A stretch of 64,000 nucleotides of DNA from an uncultured Hyphomicrobiaceae bacterium (GCA_964461525.1 CAYWUX010000001.1:271465-335464); one strand, 5' to 3'. Counted from the first letter of the stretch, positions 51,430-62,089 are shown. Numbers and translations are program-made. The notes: generated from the letters alone by a model not told the origin.

Positions 51430-51626
51430 GCTTTGGCGGCAATCCGGATTGACCAATTCTAAAACATTCTAGGCATGGCCAGATGACATGACTTGACGAT
51501 GCCCAAGTTGAAGTCTACTAGACCAATCAACACAGGAACAGGATCCATTGATTCTGAATTTTCCGACTGAAAAAAAACATGCCGTTTTGGATAGCTAATA
51601 TTTGAACATTTACTGATACTATTAAT

Positions 51627-52595
51627 ATGGCCGTTTATACCGAAGTTCCCGATGTTGAACTGCAGTCCTTCATAACTAGCTACGGACTTGGACAGCTACT
51701 GTCCTACAAAGGTATTGCCGAAGGTGTCGAAAACACCAATTACATTATTCATACGGATTCCGGTCCCTTCATTTTGACGCTCTATGAAAAACGGGTCAAA
51801 AAAGGAGATCTGCCGTTTTTTCTGGGACTTATGGAACATCTCGCTAAATCCGGTTTTTCCTGCCCGACGCCTGTCCGTGACCAAAGCGGTGTAATGCTTC
51901 GTGAACTGTCAGGACGGCCTGCGGCACTGATTAGTTTTCTTGAAGGCTTTTGGGTGCGAAGACCGCAGCTAAATCATTGCTCAGCACTTGGCCGGAGCCT
52001 CGCCGAACTGCATTTGGCTTGTTCCAATTTTAACATGAGCCGTAAAAACAGTCTTTCGGTCACAAGCTGGCCGGGCCTTTTCGAAAGCTTCCGTTCGGAG
52101 GCCGACAATATTGCTCCGGGTCTTTCCAATCTGATACAGGAAGAACTTGAACATCTACAGCAGAACTGGGCAACGGACCTGCCCAACGGTATTATTCACG
52201 CTGATTTGTTTCCAGATAACGTCTTCTTTCTGGGGGATAAAATATCAGGACTGATTGATTTTTATTTCGCCTGCAATGATCTCTTGTCCTACGACATTGC
52301 AGTTTGTCTGAATGCCTGGTGCTTTGAACCGGATAATTCATTCAATATTTCGAAAGCCCGAGCGCTTCTAAATGGATATCAGCAGGTCCGGAAACTTAAA
52401 AAAGTTGAGCTGTCAACCCTCCCTTTACTGGCACGGGGAGCAGCCATAAGATTTCTGCTGACGCGTTCTTATGATTGGCTGAATAAAGAAATGGATGCTT
52501 TCGTCAAACCTAAAGATCCATCCGAGTATCTCCGGAAGCTCCGGTTTCACCAGAGCGTGAAGGATGTCCGTGAATACGGTTTAGGAGACGGATAG
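51627..52595 (+). CDS. thrB: homoserine kinase, APH-fold type II
   Basis: 322 aa. Contains [12 protein letters not shown] and the catalytic loop [13 protein letters not shown]. Confidence 0.9.
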   Translation: MAVYTEVPDVELQSFITSYGLGQLLSYKGIAEGVENTNYIIHTDSGPFILTLYEKRVKKGDLPFFLGLMEHLAKSGFSCPTPVRDQSGVMLRELSGRPAALISFLEGFWVRRPQLNHCSALGRSLAELHLACSNFNMSRKNSLSVTSWPGLFESFRSEADNIAPGLSNLIQEELEHLQQNWATDLPNGIIHADLFPDNVFFLGDKISGLIDFYFACNDLLSYDIAVCLNAWCFEPDNSFNISKARALLNGYQQVRKLKKVELSTLPLLARGAAIRFLLTRSYDWLNKEMDAFVKPKDPSEYLRKLRFHQSVKDVREYGLGDG

Positions 52596-53068
52596 TGTCC
52601 AGCGATAAAAATCAAAATAACAGGGTGATAATCTTCACTGATGGAGCTTGTTCGGGCAACCCGGGTCCTGGTGGTTGGGGGGCCATACTTATCTATGGAA
52701 AACATCGAAAAGAACTTTATGGTGGAGAGAGAGAAACCACCAACAACCGCATGGAACTCACTGCAGCGATCGAAGCCCTCAAAGCATTGACCAAAGAATC
52801 GTGTCAAATCGATTTATATACGGATTCTAATTATGTAAAGCAGGGAATTACGGAGTGGATATCAAAATGGCAAAGTAACGGCTGGAAAAACGCCCAGAAA
52901 AAACCCGTGAAGAATGCCGACCTCTGGCAAAGTCTTGAAGCGGCCCAGAGCAAGCATCACGTTAACTGGCAATGGGTTAAAGGACACACGGGACATCCGG
53001 AAAATGAACGGGCAGATGAACTGGCCCGGTTGGGTATTTCTTCAATAATGGACTCTCAAAACGAGTAG
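52595..53068 (+). CDS. rnhA: ribonuclease HI
   Basis: 157 aa. Contains [22 protein letters not shown] and [14 protein letters not shown]. The GTG start shares one base with the thrB TAG (TAGTG). Confidence 0.93.
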   Translation: MSSDKNQNNRVIIFTDGACSGNPGPGGWGAILIYGKHRKELYGGERETTNNRMELTAAIEALKALTKESCQIDLYTDSNYVKQGITEWISKWQSNGWKNAQKKPVKNADLWQSLEAAQSKHHVNWQWVKGHTGHPENERADELARLGISSIMDSQNE

Positions 53069-53106
53069 TGCCCGGAAAGCCTGGTTCGATTCCTGTTAAT
53101 GGCGGA

Positions 53107-53592
53107 TTATAACAGCTCCAGCATATGCTCGGCTGAAGACTCGTTTACTTCTCCACGGGCTTCATCGATATTCAGGATCTTGACGATACTGTCTTCGACC
53201 AGCATGGAGTACCGCTTTGAACGAAATCCCAAACCCCCACTGGTTAAATCATTTTCCAGACCGATTGCTTTGGTGAAAAGACAGCTTCCGTCCGCGAGAA
53301 ACAGCAACTGGTCCTTTGCGCCTGTAACCTTGGACCAGTTATCGAGGACGAATATATCATTGACCGATATACATGCGACGTCATCAACACCTCTGGATTT
53401 AAATGTATCAAAATTTTTGATAAATCCAGGTAGGTGTTTCATGTGACAAGTCGGCGTGTATGCTCCGGGGACCGCAAAGAGGACTATTTTCTTCTGTCCA
53501 AAGATTTCCTCGGTTGACTCCGAAGCCGGGCCGTCGGCTGACATAATTTGAAAGGTTGCGTCGGGGAGCCTGTCCCCCACTGAAATTACCAT
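53107..53592 (-). CDS. peroxiredoxin, Prx5/PrxD type
   Basis: ORF 53107..53604. The ATG at 53592 gives MVISVGDRLPDATF. Peroxidatic Cys in PGAYTPTC. Confidence 0.9.
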   Translation of the reverse strand: MVISVGDRLPDATFQIMSADGPASESTEEIFGQKKIVLFAVPGAYTPTCHMKHLPGFIKNFDTFKSRGVDDVACISVNDIFVLDNWSKVTGAKDQLLFLADGSCLFTKAIGLENDLTSGGLGFRSKRYSMLVEDSIVKILNIDEARGEVNESSAEHMLELL

Positions 53593-53660
53593 GTGCACCA
53601 CCATCTTTTTGGAATAAGTTCTTTAGAACTAGAAAGCTGTAATAAATAGCGATGTTTAAG

Positions 53661-54551
53661 TCAATTAAGCTGTCGCTTGATTTCAACCTGCCCATCCGTA
53701 GAAACCATCGTAAATGTGAGGACTTTGCCATTGAGAAGTTTTGGATCGTCTCCCCCCTTCAGATCCACACGGTATTCATCAAGATTCGTAGAAATTTGCT
53801 TTGTCAAACTTGGTATCGGAATGTAAAAATCGTTAGGCCCTTCAATAAATAGATCTCTTTTGCGCGCGTCTTCCGGATAGCGCGCCTCGACAATGATATG
53901 CGGCTTGTCTCCATCCAGGACAGCGCTTACGCTCCGGATGGAATGCGTTGAACTTGCGGTGGGGTGAATTACTTCTGGAACTTTGGATACAAAACGGTTC
54001 AACAGAATATTGTAGATAGACTGCCGTGCATCATCCTCAGAAACACTTAAATCTAGATTGGCTACGGCAAAAATACATATGTCCTGACAAACACCAAATT
54101 CCAACTTGACATTTAGATCAATCGGTTGACCGGCACTACGGGGACTGACCGCGACCGGGAATACAATTTCATCCTTATAACCAATGGTCGTGCTATAAGG
54201 GTCTTTGAATCGCTGGGGGGCCGGCCACAGGATTTTTGAGTCCTTGAGATTGTTCGAATCCTGCCAGTCGAACTGGGGCGGCACACCCGAATCACCCGGA
54301 AATCGCCAGTATGTTTTCCACCCTTTTTCAAGCTTAATATGCACCCCCACAAGAATTTGTTCTCTCCCGGATGGCGATTTATAAACTCCGGAAATAAGAC
54401 GTACCTTGTGATGGGCACCACTTGACCACGGTGAGGCCCCACCACCCGCGTTGGCATCACCACAATTAAGCTGAAGCAAAATCAATGCAGACACGACTGC
54501 AAGTACGGGAGCCAACACCCTGTATTCAAATAATTTTCTTTTAATTAACAT
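53661..54551 (-). CDS. exported protein with a DsbD N-terminal-like (thiol:disulfide interchange) domain
   Basis: 296 aa. Signal peptide VLAPVLAVVSALILLQL. Contains GWKTYWRFPGDSGVPPQFDW and FGVCQDICIF, as in DsbD-alpha/ScsB-like domains. Confidence 0.7.
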   Translation of the reverse strand: MLIKRKLFEYRVLAPVLAVVSALILLQLNCGDANAGGGASPWSSGAHHKVRLISGVYKSPSGREQILVGVHIKLEKGWKTYWRFPGDSGVPPQFDWQDSNNLKDSKILWPAPQRFKDPYSTTIGYKDEIVFPVAVSPRSAGQPIDLNVKLEFGVCQDICIFAVANLDLSVSEDDARQSIYNILLNRFVSKVPEVIHPTASSTHSIRSVSAVLDGDKPHIIVEARYPEDARKRDLFIEGPNDFYIPIPSLTKQISTNLDEYRVDLKGGDDPKLLNGKVLTFTMVSTDGQVEIKRQLN

Positions 54552-54792
54552 ATAACTCCACCTGAATTGGCGACAAGACCAGTGAATAGTATATTTTTAA
54601 AATGGTTTAAACATAATTCCTGCTCAATATGCCTCAAGGTTAATCAACGAAATGTGAGATATTATGGACGCAATGCCCTTAAACTTTTTCATCAGGTCTT
54701 CACATTACCCCGCTAGCAGGGCTAAGATTACTCTTGAATCTGTAAAACATGTGACAAGATCATGATAATGCGATTTGAATCAGGCGAATAGA

Positions 54793-55386
54793 ATGATGGG
54801 TGATTCTGGCGGATATTTAGATGGACAGCTTCTGATTGCGATGCCATCGATTTCGGACCCACGTTTTGATCGTTCGGTCGTCTACATCTGCGCCCACTCG
54901 GCTGATGGTGCAATGGGTATTGTCATAAATCAGCAAGCGACCAATATTAACTTTCTCGATCTTCTCAAACAACTTGATATTGTCCCGGAAAATAACAAAA
55001 TGGAGGTTTCGTCCGGACTGTCAACTCTGAACGTCCATTTAGGCGGTCCGGTTGAGGCGGCCCGGGGCTTCGTCCTGCACAGTTCGGACTATTTTGTCGA
55101 TGAAAATACTCTCCCAATAGACGGTTCAATTTCTCTCACCGCAACTATTGATATCCTGCGTGCCATAGCCCGAGGTTCCGGGCCTGACAAAGCACTGTTG
55201 GCATTGGGATATGCAGGATGGGCACCAGGACAACTTGAGGATGAAATTCGCTCCAATGGCTGGCTGATTTGTCCTGCCAGCAGCGAACTGATCTTTAACC
55301 CGGAAATCGATAAAAAATACAGTCAGGCACTGGCGAAACTCGGGGTGGACCCCTCTCATCTGGTAAACACCGTTGGCAATGCCTGA
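54793..55386 (+). CDS. YqgE/AlgH family protein
   Basis: ORF 54775..55386, with ATG ATG at 54793. Contains [24 protein letters not shown] and [13 protein letters not shown]. Confidence 0.88.
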   Translation: MMGDSGGYLDGQLLIAMPSISDPRFDRSVVYICAHSADGAMGIVINQQATNINFLDLLKQLDIVPENNKMEVSSGLSTLNVHLGGPVEAARGFVLHSSDYFVDENTLPIDGSISLTATIDILRAIARGSGPDKALLALGYAGWAPGQLEDEIRSNGWLICPASSELIFNPEIDKKYSQALAKLGVDPSHLVNTVGNA

Positions 55387-55413
55387 AACTGTTGAAGGGC
55401 CGGTAGATATTAG

Positions 55414-58400
55414 TCAGCCGGCACCAGATTGAGCTTTCGTGGGATTTGGCAAATTCAATAAAGGACGTCCGGTGCTTGCCCCTGGACGGGTATCCGGGCT
55501 CTTGAAGAGAGGTTTTCCAATTGGCTTCCCGGTCTTTTGACTATCGGATACTGGTGATTCCTGTAAATTTTTGTTACTTCGCCTGAGAAGCGACAATTGA
55601 CGTTTTTCCTGTTTCTTGTTGGCTTTGGCAATTGCTGATAGCAGAGACATTACCTCTTTGTCTGTCATGGGTTCGCCATACAGGTAGCCTTGCCCCATTT
55701 GACACTTTATGGATCTCAAATATGAAGCATCCTCTACTGACTCAATGCCCTGCGCAATGACGACCTTGTCAAGTTCATGAAGCATTGCGACCATTGAACG
55801 CACGACCGCCAAATCTTTTTGGCTGGAACCAATCTGCTGAATAAAAGAGTTGTCAATTTTTACGGATTCAAAAGGAAACCTGCTCAAATAGCTTATAGAC
55901 GAAAATCCTGTTCCGAAGTCATCCAGTATGAGTGAAGCACCGGCCCCCCTCAGCCATTCCAGAATTTCAGCAGACTGCTCTGGATTTTCCAGAACAAGCG
56001 ATTCCTTTACTTCTAGGCGAAGTGTTCCCTTGGGAATGGCATCACGTCTTAGAATTAATCGAATATCCTGGACAAGGTCATATCGAAAGACTTCACCACC
56101 CGTGATATTCACGGTTACAAACAACGGGTTTTCTCTTCCCGGGAATGCCTTGTGCCAACGAGCGACCTGTCTTGTTGCCTGGTCCAGTACAAATGTACCT
56201 AGATCCCTTAGGTAGGCTGTATCTTCAGAGATCCGATTAAAATCTTCCGGCATCAGTATGCCAAAACTTGGATGATTCCACCTCACCAACGTCTCGAATC
56301 CAACAACTTCTTCATCCTCCAGATCGATGATCGGTTGATAAAAAATTTGCAACTGACGGCGATCGATCGCTCGTTTGAGATCACTTTCAAAGTTGGCGCG
56401 ATTGTCCTTATCACTTCTCATTTCCGGCCTGAATATTTCCACGCGGTCTGCGCCGGACCGTTTCGCAGCATACATGGCTAATTCAGCTTCTCGGAGAACA
56501 TCGGCCTGGGTGGGCTGCGAACCGTCATAAACGGCAATTCCGATGCTGCTTGTAAGGATGATTTCTTTACCGCTAAATTTCATCGGGCTGCGCAATGACC
56601 GTCTGGCACGTTCAGCAAACATGGCGATTTGCCGAGGTTCGGTTTCGGTAACCAGAAGGATACCAAACTGATCCCCCCCTATCCTTGCGATGGTGTCCAA
56701 AGGATTCAAATGGCGAGCCAGCCTGCGCGCCACGGTCAAGAGCATACTGTCACCAACCGCAAGGCCCATACTTGTATTGACATTCTTGAACCGGTCAATA
56801 TCGATAAACAGGACCGTAGGTCGGTTCGCGCCTTCTTCATTGGATCGCGTAATTGCTGTTCCCAGACGATCCAGCAATAATTCTCGATTGGGCATTCCTG
56901 TCAAGCTGTCATGAACAGCATCATGCAGTAGTCGCTCATGAGCCCGTTTCGAATTCGTGACATCGCGCATCAGTCCAATGCATTTGAGGGATCTATATTG
57001 ATTGCTAGGCACGGAATGAGCCCTGAGCTCGAACCATAAATAACTGCTATCAGACCGCCTTATTCTGAAATCCAGATTAAATTCGCCGCCGTTTTGCTCC
57101 TGCAAGGTCCACAGCAGAATCCGAAATCTTTCCTGGTCGGCTGGATGTAAGTGGATAAGAAAGTCATCGACCCGGCAATTCAATGACCCCGGTGCAAGCC
57201 TCAACGCCAATTCAACATCTTCACTTACACTGATTTCATCGCGCCGGGCATTCCATTCAAATACCGCAGCGTTGGCGCCTTCGATAGCAAGCGATCTTTG
57301 CTGCAATTGCCCTGGAAGGCCTCCCCCATACATCGGCTCGAAAGAATGGAATGCATACTGGGTTACAGTAAAGCCAAGTAGAATGACTATTAAGACAAGA
57401 CCGGAAATAACTCCCGCAACGGCTATATCACCCGAAAGCTGGCCAATAATTGTCACCGAAGCGCCAAAAATCCATACCAAAAACAGCAGCCAGCTCGGCA
57501 CCAGGGCCAAGGCCCGATCCTGCCCGCGAACAGACAAATAAACAATAAGCAGTGCGCCAACAACACTAATAACCAAAAAAGATACCCTGGCGAAACCAGC
57601 CGCCAGGACCGGATCAAGTATGGCTAATATAATCAGGGAAAGTTGCGCAATGTACCAGCCGAGAAATGTCAGCCGAATCCATCCATGCCACAATGACAGT
57701 CTGAGAAACGTATAGAGAAACAGTACAAAGTTGGCGGCAATAGCCGACTCTGCCGCTGCCCGATAGATGGCATTATTGTCGGCAACGAGCTGGAAAAGTT
57801 TATGCCAAAATCCAAAGTCGACGCACAAATAAGCCACAACACTCCAGGCAATCAATGCAGCGGACGGAAAGATTGCCCTGTGATTGGCTACAAAAATAGC
57901 CGTCAGAAAAACCGCAAGCAGGCCGGTCACGCCCAGTAAAATACCCTTGAAAAGCGTAAAGTCCCGAGCCCGTTTTTCGAACGCTTGAGGTTGCCATACA
58001 TAAATCCGCGGGAAATTGCTGGAGTTTATCTCGGCAATGTATGTCACAGTGGCTCTTGGTGCGAGCTCGATTCTGAATATATCCACACTGTCATTTTCAA
58101 TACGTTCCGGGCGGAAACCGAGTGAAGGCGTAATCTGCGATATATGTCTTGAGTCAAGCGTCGGCCAGAATACCCCGGAACCGATCATGCTGTATCGTTC
58201 AGCTGTAATCCAACGTTCTATTTTTGATTCAGTCGGATTGTTGAGGGCAAACACAACCCAGTTCGGATTGGTTCCGGCATTGAGAGCCGTGATTTCCATG
58301 CGGCCCGCAATACCGTCTATTCCCGGCGCCGTTTCAACCTGCAAACGGTCACCGCGCCCTTCATAAAATTCTCCCAGATGCGTTATCTCTATCTGTTCCT

Positions 58401-58593
58401 GTCCAGGAACGATTTGTATAGGCTCCAGTGCACTTACGGATTTAGGCAGGACGATAAAAAATACGCAGCACAAAATAAATATGAGGCGGATGAACTCGAC
58501 CTGCTTGATAAGCTGATGAAAAGAGGAGATGCCCGCCGCACTCTTTCCGGCTTGAAGCAACGTTCTGCGATCAGTCTCCAATAGTAAGCCCAT
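55414..58593 (-). CDS. membrane sensor: periplasmic domain, 7TM region (7TMR-DISM-like), PAS, degenerate GGDEF and EAL
   Basis: 1059 aa. About seven hydrophobic helices lie between residues ~215 and ~415. The GGDEF-domain motif reads RIGGDQFGIL. The EAL domain has FETLVRW, DDFGTGFSS and VKIDNSF. The Pro/Lys/Gly-rich C-terminal tail is about 80 aa. Confidence 0.88.
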   Translation of the reverse strand: MGLLLETDRRTLLQAGKSAAGISSFHQLIKQVEFIRLIFILCCVFFIVLPKSVSALEPIQIVPGQEQIEITHLGEFYEGRGDRLQVETAPGIDGIAGRMEITALNAGTNPNWVVFALNNPTESKIERWITAERYSMIGSGVFWPTLDSRHISQITPSLGFRPERIENDSVDIFRIELAPRATVTYIAEINSSNFPRIYVWQPQAFEKRARDFTLFKGILLGVTGLLAVFLTAIFVANHRAIFPSAALIAWSVVAYLCVDFGFWHKLFQLVADNNAIYRAAAESAIAANFVLFLYTFLRLSLWHGWIRLTFLGWYIAQLSLIILAILDPVLAAGFARVSFLVISVVGALLIVYLSVRGQDRALALVPSWLLFLVWIFGASVTIIGQLSGDIAVAGVISGLVLIVILLGFTVTQYAFHSFEPMYGGGLPGQLQQRSLAIEGANAAVFEWNARRDEISVSEDVELALRLAPGSLNCRVDDFLIHLHPADQERFRILLWTLQEQNGGEFNLDFRIRRSDSSYLWFELRAHSVPSNQYRSLKCIGLMRDVTNSKRAHERLLHDAVHDSLTGMPNRELLLDRLGTAITRSNEEGANRPTVLFIDIDRFKNVNTSMGLAVGDSMLLTVARRLARHLNPLDTIARIGGDQFGILLVTETEPRQIAMFAERARRSLRSPMKFSGKEIILTSSIGIAVYDGSQPTQADVLREAELAMYAAKRSGADRVEIFRPEMRSDKDNRANFESDLKRAIDRRQLQIFYQPIIDLEDEEVVGFETLVRWNHPSFGILMPEDFNRISEDTAYLRDLGTFVLDQATRQVARWHKAFPGRENPLFVTVNITGGEVFRYDLVQDIRLILRRDAIPKGTLRLEVKESLVLENPEQSAEILEWLRGAGASLILDDFGTGFSSISYLSRFPFESVKIDNSFIQQIGSSQKDLAVVRSMVAMLHELDKVVIAQGIESVEDASYLRSIKCQMGQGYLYGEPMTDKEVMSLLSAIAKANKKQEKRQLSLLRRSNKNLQESPVSDSQKTGKPIGKPLFKSPDTRPGASTGRPLLNLPNPTKAQSGAG

Positions 58594-58662
58594 TTTAGAT
58601 ATCCGCCGGTTCTTGGGTTACTGTCAACTGCGACAGCACTAAGAACGACAATCACCAATCAG

Positions 58663-59244
58663 CTAGATTTCATTCTCTAACAAAGCAAACAATATGTGAT
58701 CCTGCCAGACGCCATTGATTCGCAAATATTTTTTGGCCAGACCTTCCCGCTGGAAACCAACTTTTTCAAGCAAACGCATGGAGGCAATGTTGCTTGGCAA
58801 GCATGCCGCCTCCAATCTATGCAATCCCAGCGTTTCAAACACAAATGGCACGACAGCCTGTACGCCTGCCGTCATTAGCCCCTTTTTTGCGTAAGGCATA
58901 CCGATCCAATAACCCAAAGAGCAGGATTGGGTTACCCCGCGACGAACGTTGGAAAGGGTAATGCCACCCTTAAGGCAATTGTCACTTTTGTCAAAGATAA
59001 AAAAAGCATATCCGGATTCTTCGCGCAAATCCCGTTGATAATGTCTAATTCGACGTCGGAATGATGAGCGTGTAAGCTCGTCTCGCATCCAGGTTGGCTC
59101 CCAGGGAATTAAAAATTCCCGGCTTTGGTTTCTAAGTTCTGCCCATTCGCCATAGTCAGACATTTGCGGCAACCGCAGTGTAACCCTGTCTCCATCCAAG
59201 ATAGGACCCAGATCTGAAGTGGAGACGGATCTAAGAAATGCCAT
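58663..59244 (-). CDS. GNAT N-acetyltransferase (RimJ/RimL-like)
   Basis: 193 aa. Contains LGYWIGMPYAKKGLMT and HRLEAACLPSNIASMRLLEKVGFQREG. Confidence 0.82.
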   Translation of the reverse strand: MAFLRSVSTSDLGPILDGDRVTLRLPQMSDYGEWAELRNQSREFLIPWEPTWMRDELTRSSFRRRIRHYQRDLREESGYAFFIFDKSDNCLKGGITLSNVRRGVTQSCSLGYWIGMPYAKKGLMTAGVQAVVPFVFETLGLHRLEAACLPSNIASMRLLEKVGFQREGLAKKYLRINGVWQDHILFALLENEI

Positions 59245-59298
59245 AGATTTCGCCCTTTCTCATGATGTTTAAACCTATCCGCATTTTTTACTCCATCT

Positions 59299-60561
59299 TC
59301 AATTGAATCTGTTGACCAATTCGTCATAAGTTTCAAGCAAATCCAGCGAACCGGTCCCGGAGCAAATCGGACCGGCCCGGCTTATCAGCAGCTGCGTTAA
59401 ATCTCGAATCTGATCGCAATCAACTCGTTCAACCTTTTGAATCAGTTCATCAACTTCCAGAGGGCGGCCATGAACAATCATCTGGCGCGCCAGCTGTTCC
59501 GCCCTGGCTCCTGAACTTTCCAGACTCATCACCAAGCCGGCTTTGAGCTGAGCCTTAGCTCGTGCTAATTCTTGTTCACTTGGCCCTTGAGCGCTCATTT
59601 TTTTCAGTTCTATTGCCAGCACATCCAGAAGTTCAGGTACCATATCCTTGCCTGTTGCGGCGTGTATACCGAACAGACCAGTATCCGCCAATCCCCAGCT
59701 GAAAGAGTAAATCGAGTAACACAATCCACGTTTCTCCCGGATTTCCTGAAATAGTCGTGATGACATTCCACCGCCAAACAGGCTTGAAAAGACCTGTGCG
59801 GCATAAAAATGTTCATGTTCAAAAGAAAACCCCTCAAAACCGACAATGATATGACTTTGTTCAAAGGATTGTTTTGAAATTCGCATTCCCCCTTGATATT
59901 TCGCCGGTTGACTAAAATACTTCCCACCACCGGCAATTTTGCTTAAATATTGCTCGGCCTTTGCCACAAATTTATCGTGATCGAGACCACCAGCGGCCGC
60001 CAGAACCATTCTGTTGGCGCGATAATTTTCGTTCTGATACTTTCTGAGTGCGGCCGAATCAAAACTGGCCACACTTTCCTGGGTTCCCAAAATTGAACGG
60101 CCAAGAGACTGTCCTGGATAAGCAGCTTCCTGTGCCAGATCAAAAACAATTTCATCGGGGCTGTCCTGAGCTGCGGCAATTTCCTGAAAAATCACGTCTT
60201 TCTCCCGGGCAAGTTCGTTCTCATCAAAACGGGGATTTTTCAGAATATCGCTGAGAATTTCCAAGGCTAGAAACAAATCACCCTTAAGCACCCGGGCATA
60301 ATAGGCTGTCATTTCCAGACTCGTAGCTGCATTGAGCTCGCCACCAACGGACTCGATCTGCTCCACAATTTCCCGGGCAGTGCGAAGTTTTGTCCCCTTG
60401 AATGCCATGTGTTCCAACAAATGCGCAATGCCATGCTCATCAGGCCTTTCCGACCTGGCTCCGACATCGACCCAAATTCCCAAGGAGACCGTTCTCAGAT
60501 GCGGCATCTCATGGGTTACGATGCGCAGTCCATTGTGCAGTATACTTGTTTTGACGCTCAT
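59299..60561 (-). CDS. M16-family zinc peptidase
   Basis: 420 aa. Inverted zinc motif HLLEHMAFKGT (HxxEH). It overlaps the thrC stop by 4 nt. Confidence 0.9.
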   Translation of the reverse strand: MSVKTSILHNGLRIVTHEMPHLRTVSLGIWVDVGARSERPDEHGIAHLLEHMAFKGTKLRTAREIVEQIESVGGELNAATSLEMTAYYARVLKGDLFLALEILSDILKNPRFDENELAREKDVIFQEIAAAQDSPDEIVFDLAQEAAYPGQSLGRSILGTQESVASFDSAALRKYQNENYRANRMVLAAAGGLDHDKFVAKAEQYLSKIAGGGKYFSQPAKYQGGMRISKQSFEQSHIIVGFEGFSFEHEHFYAAQVFSSLFGGGMSSRLFQEIREKRGLCYSIYSFSWGLADTGLFGIHAATGKDMVPELLDVLAIELKKMSAQGPSEQELARAKAQLKAGLVMSLESSGARAEQLARQMIVHGRPLEVDELIQKVERVDCDQIRDLTQLLISRAGPICSGTGSLDLLETYDELVNRFN

Positions 60562-61970
60562 TGCGGAACTGCCTCCAGATGTCTTGCATGTTCTCTAATA
60601 AACTCTATGACTTTGTCAGGATTGTTTTCCAAAATCGAAAATTCCTCAGGGCTTTGCTGCTGATGGATCAGTTGCTCAGGAATATCTGGTGTTCGACCGA
60701 TGGTTGCTTCAATCGTCTCGGGAAATTTTGCCGGATGAGCTGTTGCCAGCGCGATAACAGGTGTTCCGCCACTGTCAACATTCTGTCGCGCAGCACCTAA
60801 ACCAACCGCAGTATGCGGATCAACCAGATAACCGGTCTTCCTATAGACGGCGTCTATGATGTCTAAAGTTTCCGCTTCCCCTATCGATGTCGCGGAAAAT
60901 AGTTCTCTCAATGGTTTAAGTTCATTTTGTGAGAGTTCAAATGCACCATTGTCAGCAAGGTCCTTCATCAATCCAATAATTCGAGTGCTGTCCCGGCCTG
61001 AATTTTCAAAGAGAAGACGCTCAAAGTTGCTTGAAATCTGGATATCCATACTGGGGCTTCGGGTCGGAATGACAGTTTGGGGCCGGTAACTACCGGAATC
61101 CAGGGCGCGAACCAGAATATCATTGACATTCGTAGCAATATGCAGCGCAGAGATATTAAGACCCATTTGCTTTGCAGCATAGCCCGCGAACACATCTCCA
61201 AAATTTCCTGTCGGAACGCTGTAGCTGACTTCCCGATAAGGCGCGCCAAGAGACACGGCGCTCGAAAAATAATATGCAGTTTGCGCCATTATTCGAGCCC
61301 AGTTAATGGAATTGACACCTGTCAATCTGACTTCATCTCGAAACTCATGTCTGTTGAACAGCTCCTTAACGATAGATTGGCAGTCATCAAAGGTGCCCTC
61401 AAGTGCTATCGTAAAGACATTGTCCGCGTTAACCGTAGTCATTTGGCGGCGCTGAACGTCGCTTACCCGTCCGTGCGGATAAAGAATAAAAATATCTATG
61501 GCGTCACGCCCCTTGAACGCGTCAATTGCCGCACTGCCCGTATCACCCGATGTTGCGCCAATGATGGTTACGGTCGACTTTCTTCTTTTAAGAATATGGT
61601 CCATCAACCGGGACAATACCTGCATGGCAAAATCTTTGAAGGCAAGTGTCGGTCCATGGAATAATTCCAGGAGCCAGAGATTACTCTCCAGTTGAACAAG
61701 TGGTGCAACAGCCTGGTGACTGAATTGATCGTAGGCATCGTGGACGAGTTCGGAAAATTCTGCGCGGGCGAAATCATTCTCTACATATGGCCACATTACT
61801 GTCTGAGCCAACTCGGCATAGGAGTGACCAGCGAGGTTTGCAATTTCCCGGTCGGAGAATTGAGGCCAGGTCTCCGGCAAATACAAACCACCATCCCGCG
61901 CCAATCCAGCCAGCAGCACATCCTCAAAATCGAGAATCGGCGCCGAGCCCCTTGTGCTGATATATTTCAA
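60558..61970 (-). CDS. thrC: threonine synthase
   Basis: 470 aa. Contains MKYISTRG and the PLP lysine in HGPTLAFKDFA. Confidence 0.95.
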   Translation of the reverse strand: MKYISTRGSAPILDFEDVLLAGLARDGGLYLPETWPQFSDREIANLAGHSYAELAQTVMWPYVENDFARAEFSELVHDAYDQFSHQAVAPLVQLESNLWLLELFHGPTLAFKDFAMQVLSRLMDHILKRRKSTVTIIGATSGDTGSAAIDAFKGRDAIDIFILYPHGRVSDVQRRQMTTVNADNVFTIALEGTFDDCQSIVKELFNRHEFRDEVRLTGVNSINWARIMAQTAYYFSSAVSLGAPYREVSYSVPTGNFGDVFAGYAAKQMGLNISALHIATNVNDILVRALDSGSYRPQTVIPTRSPSMDIQISSNFERLLFENSGRDSTRIIGLMKDLADNGAFELSQNELKPLRELFSATSIGEAETLDIIDAVYRKTGYLVDPHTAVGLGAARQNVDSGGTPVIALATAHPAKFPETIEATIGRTPDIPEQLIHQQQSPEEFSILENNPDKVIEFIREHARHLEAVPQ

Positions 61971-62089
61971 ATCGCCTGTCCTCCAAAATTAGCCCGGCAA
62001 TAAAACGGCAAACTGAACTCATTTACTCATTTACGATGATGAAACCTGCTGAAATTATGTGGCAATCTTGATCAGGAGAAGATCATGCT

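Noticed and set aside
53069-53106. tRNA-like T-arm string GGTTCGATTCC between rnhA and the peroxiredoxin gene. It might have been a tRNA gene or an integration-site remnant.
   Set aside because: The flanks cannot form the 5-bp T stem (CCTGG versus CCTGT). No acceptor, D or anticodon arms can be drawn in the 38-nt gap. No integrase or direct repeat lies nearby.
54758-54776. Fur-box-like GATCATGATAATGCGATTT upstream of yqgE.
   Set aside because: It shares only about 12 of 19 positions with the gammaproteobacterial Fur consensus. Alphaproteobacteria largely use Irr, RirA or Mur with different sites, and the downstream gene is unrelated to iron.
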